From the NCBI RefSeq assembly GCF_000189555.1, contig NC_017276.1: 64,000 bases of DNA, one strand, 5' to 3'. The stretch comes from Saccharolobus islandicus REY15A. Its GTDB lineage: Archaea; Thermoproteota; Thermoprotei_A; Sulfolobales; Sulfolobaceae. The position numbers and the translations under genes were made by a program. Positions 18,610 through 29,584 of this stretch are shown here, piece after piece; position 1 is the first letter of the stretch, and the number at the start of each line of letters is the position of its first letter. The notes under the pieces were generated by a model that did not search any database, had not been told where the DNA came from, and saw only the letters and a list, made by a program, of their open reading frames with translations.

Positions 18610-20541
18610 ATGAATGAGAGATTAAGGAATTCTCAAAGTGGTTATTTGAGGAAAGCGGTAAATCATCCAATAAATTGGTATACCTGGTCTAACGAAATAT
18701 TTGAGATTGCGAAAAGGGAGGATAAGCCGATACTTATTGATGTAGGTGCTGCCTGGTGCCATTGGTGTAACGTTATGGATGAAGATACCTATTCAAACCC
18801 AGAAATAGTTAAAATAGTTAATGAAAATTTCATTCCAGTTAAGGTTGATCGAGATGAAATGCCCGATCTGGACAGACTTCTACAAAACGCAGCCATGGCC
18901 ATAACAGGTGAGTCTGGGTGGCCTTTAACCATATTCATGACACCCGAGGGAAAGGTCTTCTTTGGTGGAACTTACTTTCCTCCAGAAGATAAGTATGGAA
19001 GAATAGGCTTTAAGAAATTATTGTTAGAGATTTTGAGAATATGGAGAGAAGACAGAAATCAAATATTCTCATCTTCAATAGACCCTAATATGCTAATTGC
19101 TAGGAATACTGGTGGAGTTCTAAGTTCAAGTGTTCTAGATGACGCGTTTTCCTATATAACATCCTATTTTGACATTGAGTATGGTGGATTAGGATTTGGC
19201 GCTAAATTTCCCCATCCTTTTGTGGATTTACTATTCCTCAACTACAGTGCTACTAGAGGAGATGACTTAGGTAAAAAACTTGGTCTATTCACCTTAAGGA
19301 AAATGTATTATGGCGGGATTTTTGATCAAGTTGGTGGAGGATTTCATAGATATACTGTTGATAGAGAATGGAAGTTACCTCATTTTGAGAAACTACTTAT
19401 AGATAATGCCGAATTGATTTACGATTATTTTACTTATTATACGGCAACTAATGAGATAGAAATTCTTGATGCCTTAAGAAATTCAGTAGATTTTGTTTTA
19501 AGAGAACTATATATGGATGGGAAAGGTTTTGCTAATAGCTTAGATGCAGATAGTGAAGGTATGGAGGGTAAGTACTATACGTGGACTGAGGATGAGCTTA
19601 AAGGTGCTTTAGGAAATGATTATGGTATTGCGATAAGGGTATTCGACCTAAAGAATACTGTAGAAGTGGAGGGCAGGAAAGTTCTATTGAGAGCAACTGA
19701 ACTTAGGGAGCTATCTAAGGTAACAGGTTTACAAGTAAATGAGATAATAGAGAAGGTAAGTGAGATAAGGGCCAAACTATTGACGTATAGAGAGCAAAAT
19801 AGGAAAATGCCATATAGAGATGATAGTACATACACTTATCCTAACGCAAAGCTTACTGAATCTATACTGTTTTCCTCATTAATTTTAAACAAGGGTATTG
19901 AGGAGGCTAAGCTTGTTCTGAGTAAGTTAGGAAAAAGTGTTAGCAGGAGGTTAGATGGTGGAAAAGCTGGATTACCAGAAGATTATGCTGCAGCACTTTT
20001 AGCAAGTATCTCCGCATACGAGGTATTAAGTGAAGAAAAGTATTATGATTTGGCAATTGAACTCGGTAGAAACATTGGAGGTATCAGGCCTAATAATTTC
20101 ACTGACATGCCTAATGAGTCTGCAAATTCAATGTATATTAGGGCGTTATTTAAATTATCTCTATTATCTGATGAGTTTAAAGTTGATGAAGGGAAAATTA
20201 AATCTCTAATTCCCTCTCCGACTGCTGAAAATTCTCAATTTATTGCTAGTATAGTTAGTACTATCTCGAGTTACATTAATGGTATGGCTCATATCGTAGT
20301 AGTTGATGAAAAGGACGGACTAGCTGAAAGATTGCATAAAACTGCGTTACTTACCTATTATCCCTTTAAATTAATTGAAAGGGTAGATGACAGTAGAACT
20401 GATTACGTTAGTTCAGTAATAAGGGCTATGATAAAATATAATGCGGGAAAGAGTAGAGCATATGTTTGTATAGGCAATACGTGTAGTATGCCAGTAAGTG
20501 AAGAGGAAAAGATTAAACAATTACTTAAAACTAAGCTTTAA
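18610..20541 (+). CDS. YyaL/SSP411-type thioredoxin + six-hairpin glycosidase-like protein (DUF255)
   Basis: N.L..S.S.YL..A.NHP.NWY.W, WCHWC..M, KVDRDEMPD.D, GWPLT.F.TP, GGF.RYTVD..W..PHFEK.L.DNA; likely start ATG 18610 (track 18565). Confidence 0.93.
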   Translation: MNERLRNSQSGYLRKAVNHPINWYTWSNEIFEIAKREDKPILIDVGAAWCHWCNVMDEDTYSNPEIVKIVNENFIPVKVDRDEMPDLDRLLQNAAMAITGESGWPLTIFMTPEGKVFFGGTYFPPEDKYGRIGFKKLLLEILRIWREDRNQIFSSSIDPNMLIARNTGGVLSSSVLDDAFSYITSYFDIEYGGLGFGAKFPHPFVDLLFLNYSATRGDDLGKKLGLFTLRKMYYGGIFDQVGGGFHRYTVDREWKLPHFEKLLIDNAELIYDYFTYYTATNEIEILDALRNSVDFVLRELYMDGKGFANSLDADSEGMEGKYYTWTEDELKGALGNDYGIAIRVFDLKNTVEVEGRKVLLRATELRELSKVTGLQVNEIIEKVSEIRAKLLTYREQNRKMPYRDDSTYTYPNAKLTESILFSSLILNKGIEEAKLVLSKLGKSVSRRLDGGKAGLPEDYAAALLASISAYEVLSEEKYYDLAIELGRNIGGIRPNNFTDMPNESANSMYIRALFKLSLLSDEFKVDEGKIKSLIPSPTAENSQFIASIVSTISSYINGMAHIVVVDEKDGLAERLHKTALLTYYPFKLIERVDDSRTDYVSSVIRAMIKYNAGKSRAYVCIGNTCSMPVSEEEKIKQLLKTKL

Positions 20542-20553
20542 CATTTTTTATGT

Positions 20554-21273
20554 ATGGGAAGGTTAGACAATAAGAAAGTAGCTATTATAGGTGTAAGCGA
20601 GGGTTTAGGTTACGCCACTGCCTATTTCGCATTAAAAGAGGGTGCGCAAGTTTGCATAAATTCGAGGAATGAGAACAAGCTAAAGAGAATGAAAGAGACT
20701 CTAAGTAAATATGGTATTATCCATTATGTAGTTGGTGACGTCTCTAGTACTGACAGTGCTAGGAATGTCATAGATAAGTGCGCATCTCTCCTTAACGGAA
20801 TAGACCATTTAGTGGTTACTGTTGGTGGGTATGTTGAGGACACAATAGATAATTTTAGCGGATTAGAAGAGATGTTAACTAATCACATAAAGATTCCTCT
20901 TTATGTTATCAATTCATCCCTAAGGTTTCTTAAGGAAGGCTCTAGTGTAGTCTTAGTATCATCAATGAGTGGTATTGGCAAGGCTTCTCCTGACCAATTA
21001 TCTTATGCAGTAGCTAAAGCTGGCTTGGCTAAGGAGGTCGAGATTTTAGCCTCTGAATTATTAGGGAGGGGAATTAGGGTTAACGGTATTGCTCCAACTA
21101 CCATAAGCGGAGAATTTGAACCTGAAAGAAATTGGAAAAAGCTTAGAAAATTGGGTTATGATACGGCACCTCCAGAGGATTTCGCTAGGATTATTATTTG
21201 GCTTTTAACTGACGAATCAGATTGGGTAGATGGTGTGGTAATACCAGCTCACGGTGGTGCGAGGCTAAAATAG
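20554..21273 (+). CDS. Short-chain dehydrogenase/reductase
   Basis: IIGVSEGLG, SSMSG, YAVAK (YxxxK), GIRVNGIAP, G.VIPAHGG. Confidence 0.92.
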   Translation: MGRLDNKKVAIIGVSEGLGYATAYFALKEGAQVCINSRNENKLKRMKETLSKYGIIHYVVGDVSSTDSARNVIDKCASLLNGIDHLVVTVGGYVEDTIDNFSGLEEMLTNHIKIPLYVINSSLRFLKEGSSVVLVSSMSGIGKASPDQLSYAVAKAGLAKEVEILASELLGRGIRVNGIAPTTISGEFEPERNWKKLRKLGYDTAPPEDFARIIIWLLTDESDWVDGVVIPAHGGARLK

Positions 21274-21915
21274 GTGTGTATAGTGAGTAATGTTGAAAAT
21301 TTGATTGAAAGCGTAGGAGAATTATGGAATAGGTATGTTAAACACGAATTCGTACTTAAGATGAGAGATGGATCTCTTCCATTAGATATCTTTAGATATT
21401 ACCTAATACAAGATGGAAAATACGTAGAGGACATGCTAAGGGCATTGCTGATTGCCGCAAGTAAAGGTCCTATTGATAAAGTTACTAAGGTACTTAATTT
21501 AGTTTTTTCCACTCGGGATAAGGGGTTAGAAATTCATAGTAAACTTTATTCTGACTTGAATATTTCTAGAGATGAGATAGTTAAAACTAGATACAATCTA
21601 ATAAATTACGCTTATACTAGACATTTATACTACTATGCTAATCTAGATTGGAATAAATTTTTGGTTGCATGGACTCCATGTATGTTTGGATACAGTATAA
21701 TTGGTGATTATGTAGTTGAGTCCCCTCACCAACTCTATAAAACGTGGGCCTCATTTTATGCTTCAAATGAATATAAAAAGAGAGTTGAAGCTATTCTTCA
21801 TGCCTTAAATGAGGTAAATATTACTGAAGGTCTTCTAAGTATATTTGTAGATTCTGTAAGGTTCGAGATAGGCTTCTGGGAGGCCTCTTTAAGGAAAGAC
21901 CCTATGGTGTACTAA
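21274..21915 (+). CDS. tenA: TenA/thiaminase II family protein
   Basis: H.FV..M.DGSL....FRYYLIQD..Y, PCMFGY, FE..FWE motifs. Confidence 0.9.
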   Translation: MCIVSNVENLIESVGELWNRYVKHEFVLKMRDGSLPLDIFRYYLIQDGKYVEDMLRALLIAASKGPIDKVTKVLNLVFSTRDKGLEIHSKLYSDLNISRDEIVKTRYNLINYAYTRHLYYYANLDWNKFLVAWTPCMFGYSIIGDYVVESPHQLYKTWASFYASNEYKKRVEAILHALNEVNITEGLLSIFVDSVRFEIGFWEASLRKDPMVY

Positions 21916-21917
21916 AA

Positions 21918-22580
21918 ATGAGCTGGATAAGAGATACCAGTTTTCTTATGGAGTGTGTCAAGAATGGGAGCATAAAGATTGAAATTAATGTTTCTAATTA
22001 TTCCATGTCCTTTAATCTCCTTAACGGAAAATATAATTTATCGTTATTTTCATCAGATAATATTAGAATATCATATGATGGTAATAGGCTAATTGATATG
22101 CATAACTTAAGAGTTTTGAAGGATCATGATGCCAGAGTACACATTTCTAATATGATTAGTAATATCAAGGGAAATATGTCAAATGAGATAAACAACTTGG
22201 CTATAATGTATAATATTCCAGTGAAAATTCTAAATGATAACCTAGAAGCAATATTTAATCTTAATTTCTCATTGTTAAGCTGTTTAGATTACGGTTTAGA
22301 TTATTTTCTAATCCATTTGACTAATGACTTTGCAAAGCAGTCTTCTCAATTTGATGTAATAAAGAAGTTGAAATTAATACTAGCCAATGAAAAGGGATGT
22401 ATTAAGGCTATTTTAGCCTTATCTAACACCTACGAATCGGATTCTTTTTTGTTTTCTAATGATTGTATAAGTTTTCAGGTTAACGTGAATGGATTCTCTA
22501 AATTCTTGATGGATTATAGGACGCTCAATGCAAAATATACGGAAGTTATAGATTATCTTAAACAACGATTATCTCAGTAA
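21918..22580 (+). CDS. Hypothetical protein
   Basis: 220-aa ORF, 2 bp after tenA; no motif recognised. Confidence 0.65.
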
Positions 22581-23305
22581 CTAGAATACTTCTGTATGTC
22601 GTATCTGATAAACTCAAGCCCTAATTTTTGTAATAGTTCTCTTGCATGAGTAGTTAAATCCGGAGCTACGAGTATCCCTCTTACCTTGTCTTCTTTTGTT
22701 TCTCTTATGTGTAAGTAGTATCTATATAATTGTGAGACTGCACTTAATTGAGCTTTACTTCTCTTTACTTCAATTATTACGAAATTACCTTTTTTATCTA
22801 ACCCCACCAGATCTATTTTCCCATAAGGTGTATTATACTCTCTGGTTAATGGGACAAACCCTTCTTCGATCATACTGGGATTTTGAATAATAGTATTTAC
22901 TATGTCAATCTCCCTTCCTTTAATCACGAAATCCCCATCCTTTACTTCAGCTGACGTTATATAAAATACTTCTTTCAAATCTATCTCTATTACTTCTTTT
23001 GGTCTTTTTCTTTGAGCTACTATCTTCAATGGATAATCATTCATTATCTCTATTTTAGTTCCTGGTGGTTGCCAGTTTAACGGTTCCCTTTTCACACTTT
23101 CATGTATTATCACTGTACCATCCGGTTTCAATATTATTAACCTAGGAGATTCTGAGGCTACTGATTCAGCTCTTCCCTTATAATTCACCTTACATGTAGC
23201 GAAGATTACTACGAGTTCTCTATAAATTCTCTCTGTTAAGAAGGAATAAATTTCCGTATTGCTAGGATTCAGTAGTACCGAGTACACAGTATTACTTATC
23301 ATCAA
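22574..23305 (-). CDS. nucS: Mismatch-specific endonuclease NucS/EndoMS
   Basis: [33 protein letters not shown]....VIIEVKR, A.SQL.RY, RGILVAP. Confidence 0.95.
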
Positions 23306-23338
23306 TGCTTAAATACCTTACTTTATCACTCGATACTA

Positions 23339-24397
23339 ATGGAATATTATGATCTAATACTTTACCTCCTTGTATTTGGGGCTAATATGTTAATAATTCT
23401 GCAGACATATAACGAAATCAAAATGTGGAAGACAGTTAAAGGAAGCTTCATAGGTAAAGTATCAATAATAGTTCCAATAAAGGGCATAGATACTGGATTA
23501 GAAAGGAACATAGAGTCTTTGCTTTCGCAAGATTACCCATATCCTTATGAGGTAATATACGTTGTAGAAAAGGGGGATGAGGTGGAAAATGTTCTAAAAA
23601 AGTACAACGTCAAGATCGTTTACTCAGATTTCAATTGTGATTCATGTAGTGGGAAAATTAGGGCCCAGATTTCAGGTCTTTTAAGGGCCTCTAATGATGT
23701 TATAGTTTTCGCAGATTCAGATACATGGTATCCTAGATATTGGCTTAGAAACTTAATTTCACCATTAGATAGATATGAAGCAACTACTACGTTTTCTTGG
23801 CCTTCCCCTTCTAGAATCACCTTAAGCAATCTTATAAGAGCTGGATTTTGGACCTTAGGCTTTGAATCTCAATCACTTCAGAGCTCTAGATTTTTATGGG
23901 GAGGCTCAATGGCGCTAAGAAGGGAATTCTTTGATAATGAAGTTCTAGACGAGCTTTCTAAAGAATGGTGTGACGATTGCACATTGACTAGGATAATTAA
24001 GAGAAGAGGTGGTAAAATAGGTTTCGTTATGAGCGCAATTCCCCTTAATGTTTATGACGAGGATAGTCTCATAAGATGGTCATCTCGACAGATAATTACT
24101 ATTTTAGCTTACTCGCCTAGAGGAGCAAAGGCGTATTTGGTAGCAGGAACGTTTTTCACTTTAATTCTGATTTACTCTCTCGTTTATCTCAATATAATTA
24201 CCTTTACCCCCTATTTACTATGGATAGTTAAGAATGTAATTAGAGGAGCGAAATATCCTAAACAAGCGCTGATTGCGTCACTTATGACTATAGTAGCAAT
24301 ACCTTATGCGTTATTTCTTGTGGTATTTAACTGGAATAGAAGAGAGGTTTATTGGAGGGGTAAAAGATATATAGTAAAACCTTTAAGGGAGAAGTGA
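23339..24397 (+). CDS. GT2/GT21-type membrane glycosyltransferase
   Basis: SIIVPIKG, GKI.AQ, FADSD (DxD), LWGGSMA.R, DD..L, RW..RQ; TM helices at both ends. Confidence 0.88.
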   Translation: MEYYDLILYLLVFGANMLIILQTYNEIKMWKTVKGSFIGKVSIIVPIKGIDTGLERNIESLLSQDYPYPYEVIYVVEKGDEVENVLKKYNVKIVYSDFNCDSCSGKIRAQISGLLRASNDVIVFADSDTWYPRYWLRNLISPLDRYEATTTFSWPSPSRITLSNLIRAGFWTLGFESQSLQSSRFLWGGSMALRREFFDNEVLDELSKEWCDDCTLTRIIKRRGGKIGFVMSAIPLNVYDEDSLIRWSSRQIITILAYSPRGAKAYLVAGTFFTLILIYSLVYLNIITFTPYLLWIVKNVIRGAKYPKQALIASLMTIVAIPYALFLVVFNWNRREVYWRGKRYIVKPLREK

Positions 24398-24407
24398 AAG
24401 ATACAAA

Positions 24408-24460
24408 GATGATGCTGATGTTCTACCCCTAAAGATTGATGATTGGAGGTGTGACGCTGA
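24408..24460 (+). ncRNA. Box C/D guide sRNA candidate (first of a tandem pair)
   Basis: C ATGATGC (24409-15), guide TGATGTTCTACC, D' CCTA, C' TGATGA, guide TTGGAGGTGTGACG, D CTGA (24457-60). Confidence 0.7.
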
Positions 24461-24509
24461 GATGATGAGGTCGAGTGCTATAGATAGATGATATAAGGAC
24501 CACTTCTGA
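24461..24509 (+). ncRNA. Box C/D guide sRNA candidate (second of a tandem pair)
   Basis: C ATGATGA (24462-68), guide GGTCGAGTGCTA, D' TAGA, C' ATGATA, guide TAAGGACCACTT, D CTGA (24506-09). Confidence 0.8.
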
Positions 24510-24520
24510 TAATATAATAT

Positions 24521-25084
24521 ATGCAGAGTACCTCAGTGGAAATTTACCTAAACATTTATTCGTTCAGGCATGAGCTAGAGCACTTTACCATAGAAGAGGA
24601 GAGGGACGAGTGGTCAATCGTAAAAGATAAAGCCAATGAAAAGTATATTGTAAAAGAGTTTGCTGATTACGGTATTTTAATATATCCTGTTTATGATCTT
24701 AAAGATGATATATTATCTTCATTTTCCATCCAGCTCCCATCAGTTGGCAAACTTAAAGAAATTCTCTACACACCAGAAAAATGGATTGATAGGTTAGATT
24801 TAAGAATAAACGATAATAGTATAGAAGTCACTTCATTAATATTAGATTATTTAACCGGAATAGATATTATAAACTCGTTGATATCCAGCTTCGGCTTCCA
24901 ATATGCACAATTAGATGATAACTCCTTGATTATTAAAATACGCATATCTAGACCCTTAAATCGTACTTTATTGGATTCCCATATTAGAGCGATTTATCAT
25001 ATGCTGAAATTATACTACAGTGTGAAAAAGGCACAAGAGGAAATTGCATCTAAGGTTACTCTAAGTTATATAAAAAGCATATAA
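24521..25084 (+). CDS. Hypothetical protein
   Basis: 187-aa ORF, ATG start, upstream of the radical SAM gene. Confidence 0.7.
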   Translation: MQSTSVEIYLNIYSFRHELEHFTIEEERDEWSIVKDKANEKYIVKEFADYGILIYPVYDLKDDILSSFSIQLPSVGKLKEILYTPEKWIDRLDLRINDNSIEVTSLILDYLTGIDIINSLISSFGFQYAQLDDNSLIIKIRISRPLNRTLLDSHIRAIYHMLKLYYSVKKAQEEIASKVTLSYIKSI

Positions 25085-25108
25085 AAACGTGTCCACTTTT
25101 GGTATACT

Positions 25109-26161
25109 ATGCTATGGCTAGTAATGACTACGGGAAAATGTAACCTTAAATGTGATTATTGTGGAGGTTCTTTTCCAGCTAATGTTGTACCTTATGGTGT
25201 TAAATATGATATCAATTTACTTAAAAGACTGGTAGAGAATGACAAGGAGTCCACAATAATATTCTACGGTGGAGAGCCATTGCTTAATTACAAATTTATA
25301 ATGACCGTTTTAGATAACGTAATAGCTAAGAGATATGGCATACAAACTAATGGTATTGCAGTAAGACTTCTTCCTGAAAAATATTGGAGAAAAATTAATG
25401 TTGCGTTGTTATCTATAGATGGTAGAGAGGAAACTACTGACAAGCATAGGGGTAAGGGTATTTATAAAGCGGTTTTGCGATCAGCGAAATACCTTAAGGA
25501 TCTAGGCGTTGAAACTATAGCTAGAATGGCAGTTACACAAGATAGTGACATCTTTGCTGATGTCATGCATTTAATAGATTTAGGTTTATTTGATAAGGTA
25601 CATTGGCAATTAGATGTAATATGGAGTGAGGAATGGGATTTTAAAAGTTGGTCTTTTTCGTACTTGCATGGGATAAAACGGCTGACTGAGTATTTCCTTT
25701 CAGAACTAAGGAAGGGAAGGGTTGTTAAAATAATACCCATATTAGGTGTAATTAGTGCTCATTTCTTTGATGGGTATAAGGGTTCTCCGTGTGGTGCAGG
25801 ATATTCATCAGTCACTGTCACTCCAGATGGGAGAATACTTTCTTGCCCAATAGCGGTAAGGGAAAAATGGGCTGAATTGGGTAACGTAAATTTAGGGTAT
25901 AGACTCTTAGAGGATCCATTACCAGATGATTGCAAGAGATGCGAGTTTAAACGATATTGTGGTGGGAGATGCTTATATGCGCAAAAGGAGAGATACTGGG
26001 GTGAGGAGGGATTTAAAGTTGTTGACGAAGTTAACAAGGAATATCTTCGTACGGTACTCTCAATAATACCAGAAATTGAAAAACTTATCAGAGATGGTAA
26101 TATAAGACTTAGCGATTTGTATTATAATCCGTTACTTGATTCAACTGAGATCATTCCTTAA
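25109..26161 (+). CDS. Radical SAM/SPASM protein (AF0577/TIGR04084-like)
   Basis: [23 protein letters not shown]...I.SCP and CKRC....YCGGRC SPASM cysteines. Confidence 0.9.
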   Translation: MLWLVMTTGKCNLKCDYCGGSFPANVVPYGVKYDINLLKRLVENDKESTIIFYGGEPLLNYKFIMTVLDNVIAKRYGIQTNGIAVRLLPEKYWRKINVALLSIDGREETTDKHRGKGIYKAVLRSAKYLKDLGVETIARMAVTQDSDIFADVMHLIDLGLFDKVHWQLDVIWSEEWDFKSWSFSYLHGIKRLTEYFLSELRKGRVVKIIPILGVISAHFFDGYKGSPCGAGYSSVTVTPDGRILSCPIAVREKWAELGNVNLGYRLLEDPLPDDCKRCEFKRYCGGRCLYAQKERYWGEEGFKVVDEVNKEYLRTVLSIIPEIEKLIRDGNIRLSDLYYNPLLDSTEIIP

Positions 26162-26186
26162 AAACTCTTTGCACACAATATATTAT

Positions 26187-26882
26187 ATGAGTGTTAAATT
26201 CGAGGAAAGTAGTAGATTGTTAGAGACTATAAAGAGTATGCTAGCCTCTGCTACTTCTTCTATTTTAATAGTTACATATAGTATTGATCAAGAAGCCGCT
26301 TCCGAAATACTGACTAGAGCAGCGAGCGGAGTTAATACAGTCCTAGTAACAGCTGATAAGGATTGGGCACGATGGTTGAAAAATCAGTCTGAGGCTTATA
26401 AAAAAGATGAAGAGAAGAGATTATATAGGGAGCTGAGAAGAAATGAAAGTATTTACGTGCAAATAATTTATTTTACTTCAATCATTTCTATAGCCATTGC
26501 TATAATAGATATTATCCTTTATTTCATGATGGGTAGCCTCATCTATTATGATGTTCCTTTATCTTTAATTGCAATAGGGTTTTTGATTTACTATGGAATA
26601 AGAAAGAGGAGGGAAGCTTTATCTCAAATAAGTATATTGAGGGAGAGTGTTCAGAACTTCGTACAAGAGGTCAGTCAAATCAGAGATAAGATCAAAGAAA
26701 AGTTGAAAATTATAGAAATCGATAGTCAAGTTTCCTTTTCAATTGTTTCTTGTGATGATAAAACTATTTTATTTTCTGCACCTCTTAAGTTTTCAATGGA
26801 TAAACCTTCTGTTCATGTAGTTATGGAAATCTCTAAACAACTCGCCGATCAGCTAGTTAATCTTATACTAAAAATAAGCTAA
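26187..26882 (+). CDS. Membrane protein with degenerate PLD-like domain
   Basis: PLD-like N-terminus (A..SI.I.TYSI...L..AA..GV.V.LVT), inserted coiled coil + 2 TM, C-terminal strand lacking HKD; likely start 26187 (track 26136). Confidence 0.6.
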   Translation: MSVKFEESSRLLETIKSMLASATSSILIVTYSIDQEAASEILTRAASGVNTVLVTADKDWARWLKNQSEAYKKDEEKRLYRELRRNESIYVQIIYFTSIISIAIAIIDIILYFMMGSLIYYDVPLSLIAIGFLIYYGIRKRREALSQISILRESVQNFVQEVSQIRDKIKEKLKIIEIDSQVSFSIVSCDDKTILFSAPLKFSMDKPSVHVVMEISKQLADQLVNLILKIS

Positions 26883-27011
26883 TAATATCATAGAGTAGCT
26901 TAATGTCTAATACGTAATAATATCAGTAATTGATAGCAGAGCACTGTTTAGTATTTTTATAATACTAACACTTTTTAAAAACAAAATTCATGGATGAAAA
27001 TAAAATCTTTT

Positions 27012-28055
27012 CTAGATATGCAAATTATTACTTCCTACTAATTCACCATATAACTCGTCAATTTTTCTCACTAACGTATTATTACTAACTCCTCTCACGA
27101 GGGCCATTATTGCTGATCCCCCAGCTCCTACTCCCTCCTTTACATAACCTTTTTCATACGCTCTTATTCCTTCATAAGCGGAAATGGAAAGATCTAACAT
27201 GCTTGCTAATACTTTAACTCCTACTTGTTTTGCTAAACTTAACATGTCTGCAAACTTATCTTCCACTATCCACTTTGTGGTACCAATTGTAATATCCTTT
27301 AACTTATTCTTATCGAATTCGTTTATTATAGCAGCTGCAGCTGCCATTTGAGTTCCTCCAGCTAGTAAAATCTTTCCTTTAAATCCTAAAGATGTTCCAG
27401 CTACGCCCAATAGGACGGGATCCGAAACTTTAGCTAATCTTTGTAAGGAATCTGTTGGCAAATTCCTTAAAGCTTCTTCAACAACTTTTCTTTTTAATTC
27501 CTTCGGATTATCAGGAGACGCAGAACTCACTTTATCCATAGCATCATAACCTAATGCCAAAAGAGTAGCCATGGCCGTGGTTGTACCCGCTGGTATCGAT
27601 TCTCCTATCATAATAAGTTCATATTCGTTAGATAATTCTTCGCCTAATTTGATACTGTTCTCTATTATATTATTAACTTTTTCCATGGAGAGTGCTTGTT
27701 TCCTGATATCTTTTCCAGGCTCACCTTGAAGATCTATATATGGAATCTTGGGTAGTATTCTACTGCCTGCATTTACTACAATTTTTAAAGGGTTTATGAA
27801 GGATAGTGACGCTCTTGTTAACAAAGCAGGAGTTGGTATTCCAGTAGGACTAACTGGAATAGTATTTATACTTTTACATTTACCTAGAAGTACGTATTCG
27901 GCGTCAGCGGCAGGGGTAAAGTGAGTTAACTCTGGAGTTGCCCCAGCTATAGTTAATCCTGGGATTAAACTGACGTCAGTAGTTCCTATTACCAATATGT
28001 AGGCGAAGTCTTTATTTAGGATAAAAGTTTCTGCTCCATAATATTCATTAATCAT
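27012..28055 (-). CDS. cobT: Archaeal CobT-like nicotinate-nucleotide:base phosphoribosyltransferase (TIGR00303/UPF0284)
   Basis: IPGLT.AGA, TPA.DAE, G.PTPA..T, GESIPAGTTTA, SSA, LAGGTQM, KEGVGAGG. Confidence 0.88.
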   Translation of the reverse strand: MINEYYGAETFILNKDFAYILVIGTTDVSLIPGLTIAGATPELTHFTPAADAEYVLLGKCKSINTIPVSPTGIPTPALLTRASLSFINPLKIVVNAGSRILPKIPYIDLQGEPGKDIRKQALSMEKVNNIIENSIKLGEELSNEYELIMIGESIPAGTTTAMATLLALGYDAMDKVSSASPDNPKELKRKVVEEALRNLPTDSLQRLAKVSDPVLLGVAGTSLGFKGKILLAGGTQMAAAAAIINEFDKNKLKDITIGTTKWIVEDKFADMLSLAKQVGVKVLASMLDLSISAYEGIRAYEKGYVKEGVGAGGSAIMALVRGVSNNTLVRKIDELYGELVGSNNLHI

Positions 28056-28094
28056 TTTCGGTGCATATAAATAATTTCACGTATATAAAAATTT

Positions 28095-28448
28095 GTGAGC
28101 TTCTGGGAGTATTATAGAATGATTGAAAGTGGAACATTAGTAAGTCTCGAGGAATTCAAAAGTAATCAGAAATTAAAGGAAAGTGTTAAGAATGGGATAA
28201 AAGGTTTAGTTAAGTTACTTTTTCAAGAAGCTGGTAAGATAATTAAATTTACCTCTAATGACGATTTGATATTTCAATTGATGAAGTTAGGATTAATTTC
28301 AGCTACTTTGGCTCAAGAACTTCTTGACATTCTTAAAATTGTAAATAATCTAGATAGTGTTGATGACGAAATATTACACAGTATGCTTGTAAGAATTATG
28401 GAAGTTATTGAAGAGGCAATAAATAGTATAGATAAATATATGGGCTAA
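28095..28448 (+). CDS. Degenerate HEPN/DUF86-like protein
   Basis: Helical pattern (D.I..L...G.IS..LA..L) of DUF86/HepT, but no RxxxxH motif. Confidence 0.55.
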   Translation: MSFWEYYRMIESGTLVSLEEFKSNQKLKESVKNGIKGLVKLLFQEAGKIIKFTSNDDLIFQLMKLGLISATLAQELLDILKIVNNLDSVDDEILHSMLVRIMEVIEEAINSIDKYMG

Positions 28449-28453
28449 AAATT

Positions 28454-29584
28454 CTAGTTAAGTTTTCTCTCGATTTCTAAAATTTTCTCAATGGTCTTTT
28501 GAACCTCTTCCTCTGTATTATAGAAGTGTGTTGATATTCTTATTCCTTCTCCTCTCGGCGACACCACTATGTCTTCCCTTAATAGTTCCTTTACAACTTC
28601 TTTCGGTTTTTTAACCTTTACTACGACAATGCCAGCCCTCTTTTCCTCTGGAGTGATTACCTCCATGTTATGGTCCTTCGCTAGTCTTATTGCAAATTGG
28701 GAAAGATACGTTACTGAACTCTCAATCAATTCCATATTTTCACTTATTATTTCGCAAGACTTAGCAAGCGATAAGTTTGCAGCTATATCTACTGTACCTA
28801 TTTCAAACCTTCTAGGACCTTTCTCTAATGTAAACTTATTTGGATTAAAATCCAAGTAATCAGCACTAGTTTTCCATCCGTAAAACGGTGGATCTTCTAT
28901 TAGTCCTCTTTTAACATAGATAAATCCGGACCCTTGTGGACTCATTAACCATTTATACCCTCCTGCAATAGCGAAATCCACATCAAGTTCCTCTACATTT
29001 ATTCTGACTGCACCAGCACTTTGTATAATATCTAATAGGACCAATGCGTCATTCTCCCTTGCAGCTTTCACAATTTTTCTAACGTCCACTTTCAAGCCGG
29101 TATTAAAACTAACATGGCTTATTGCAACTAATCTAGTATTTTTATTAATATTTGATATTATATCTTCCTCAAAGTTATAAGGATTAGTCTTTACTACATT
29201 TACCTTGACTCCTTTCTTTGCTAATTTCAAAAATGGATATACTACAGTTGGGAACTCGAGATTATCTGTTACTATATTATCATCTTTTTTCCATTCTAGA
29301 CCATGTGCAACTAAGTTTACACCATAACTAGTATTTGGAATTAGTGAAATCTCATCTGGATATGCTTCTATCAAATTGGCTATTTTAGACCTTATGTGAT
29401 ATAGTTCGTCCTCTTCCTCTTCATTAGCAGCTATACTTCCTCTATTTGCAACTTCATATAAATATCTGTAAGCCTCAAATAATGACGGTAAAGGTGTCGG
29501 TGATACTGCTGCATGGTTTAAATAAACATATTTTCTCGTAACAGGTAAGTTTTCCCTAAATTCTCTCGGATCTCTTAATCTCAC
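28454..29584 (-). CDS. Class-V PLP-dependent aminotransferase/desulfurase-like enzyme
   Basis: [49 protein letters not shown]. Confidence 0.9.
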   Translation of the reverse strand: MRLRDPREFRENLPVTRKYVYLNHAAVSPTPLPSLFEAYRYLYEVANRGSIAANEEEEDELYHIRSKIANLIEAYPDEISLIPNTSYGVNLVAHGLEWKKDDNIVTDNLEFPTVVYPFLKLAKKGVKVNVVKTNPYNFEEDIISNINKNTRLVAISHVSFNTGLKVDVRKIVKAARENDALVLLDIIQSAGAVRINVEELDVDFAIAGGYKWLMSPQGSGFIYVKRGLIEDPPFYGWKTSADYLDFNPNKFTLEKGPRRFEIGTVDIAANLSLAKSCEIISENMELIESSVTYLSQFAIRLAKDHNMEVITPEEKRAGIVVVKVKKPKEVVKELLREDIVVSPRGEGIRISTHFYNTEEEVQKTIEKILEIERKLN

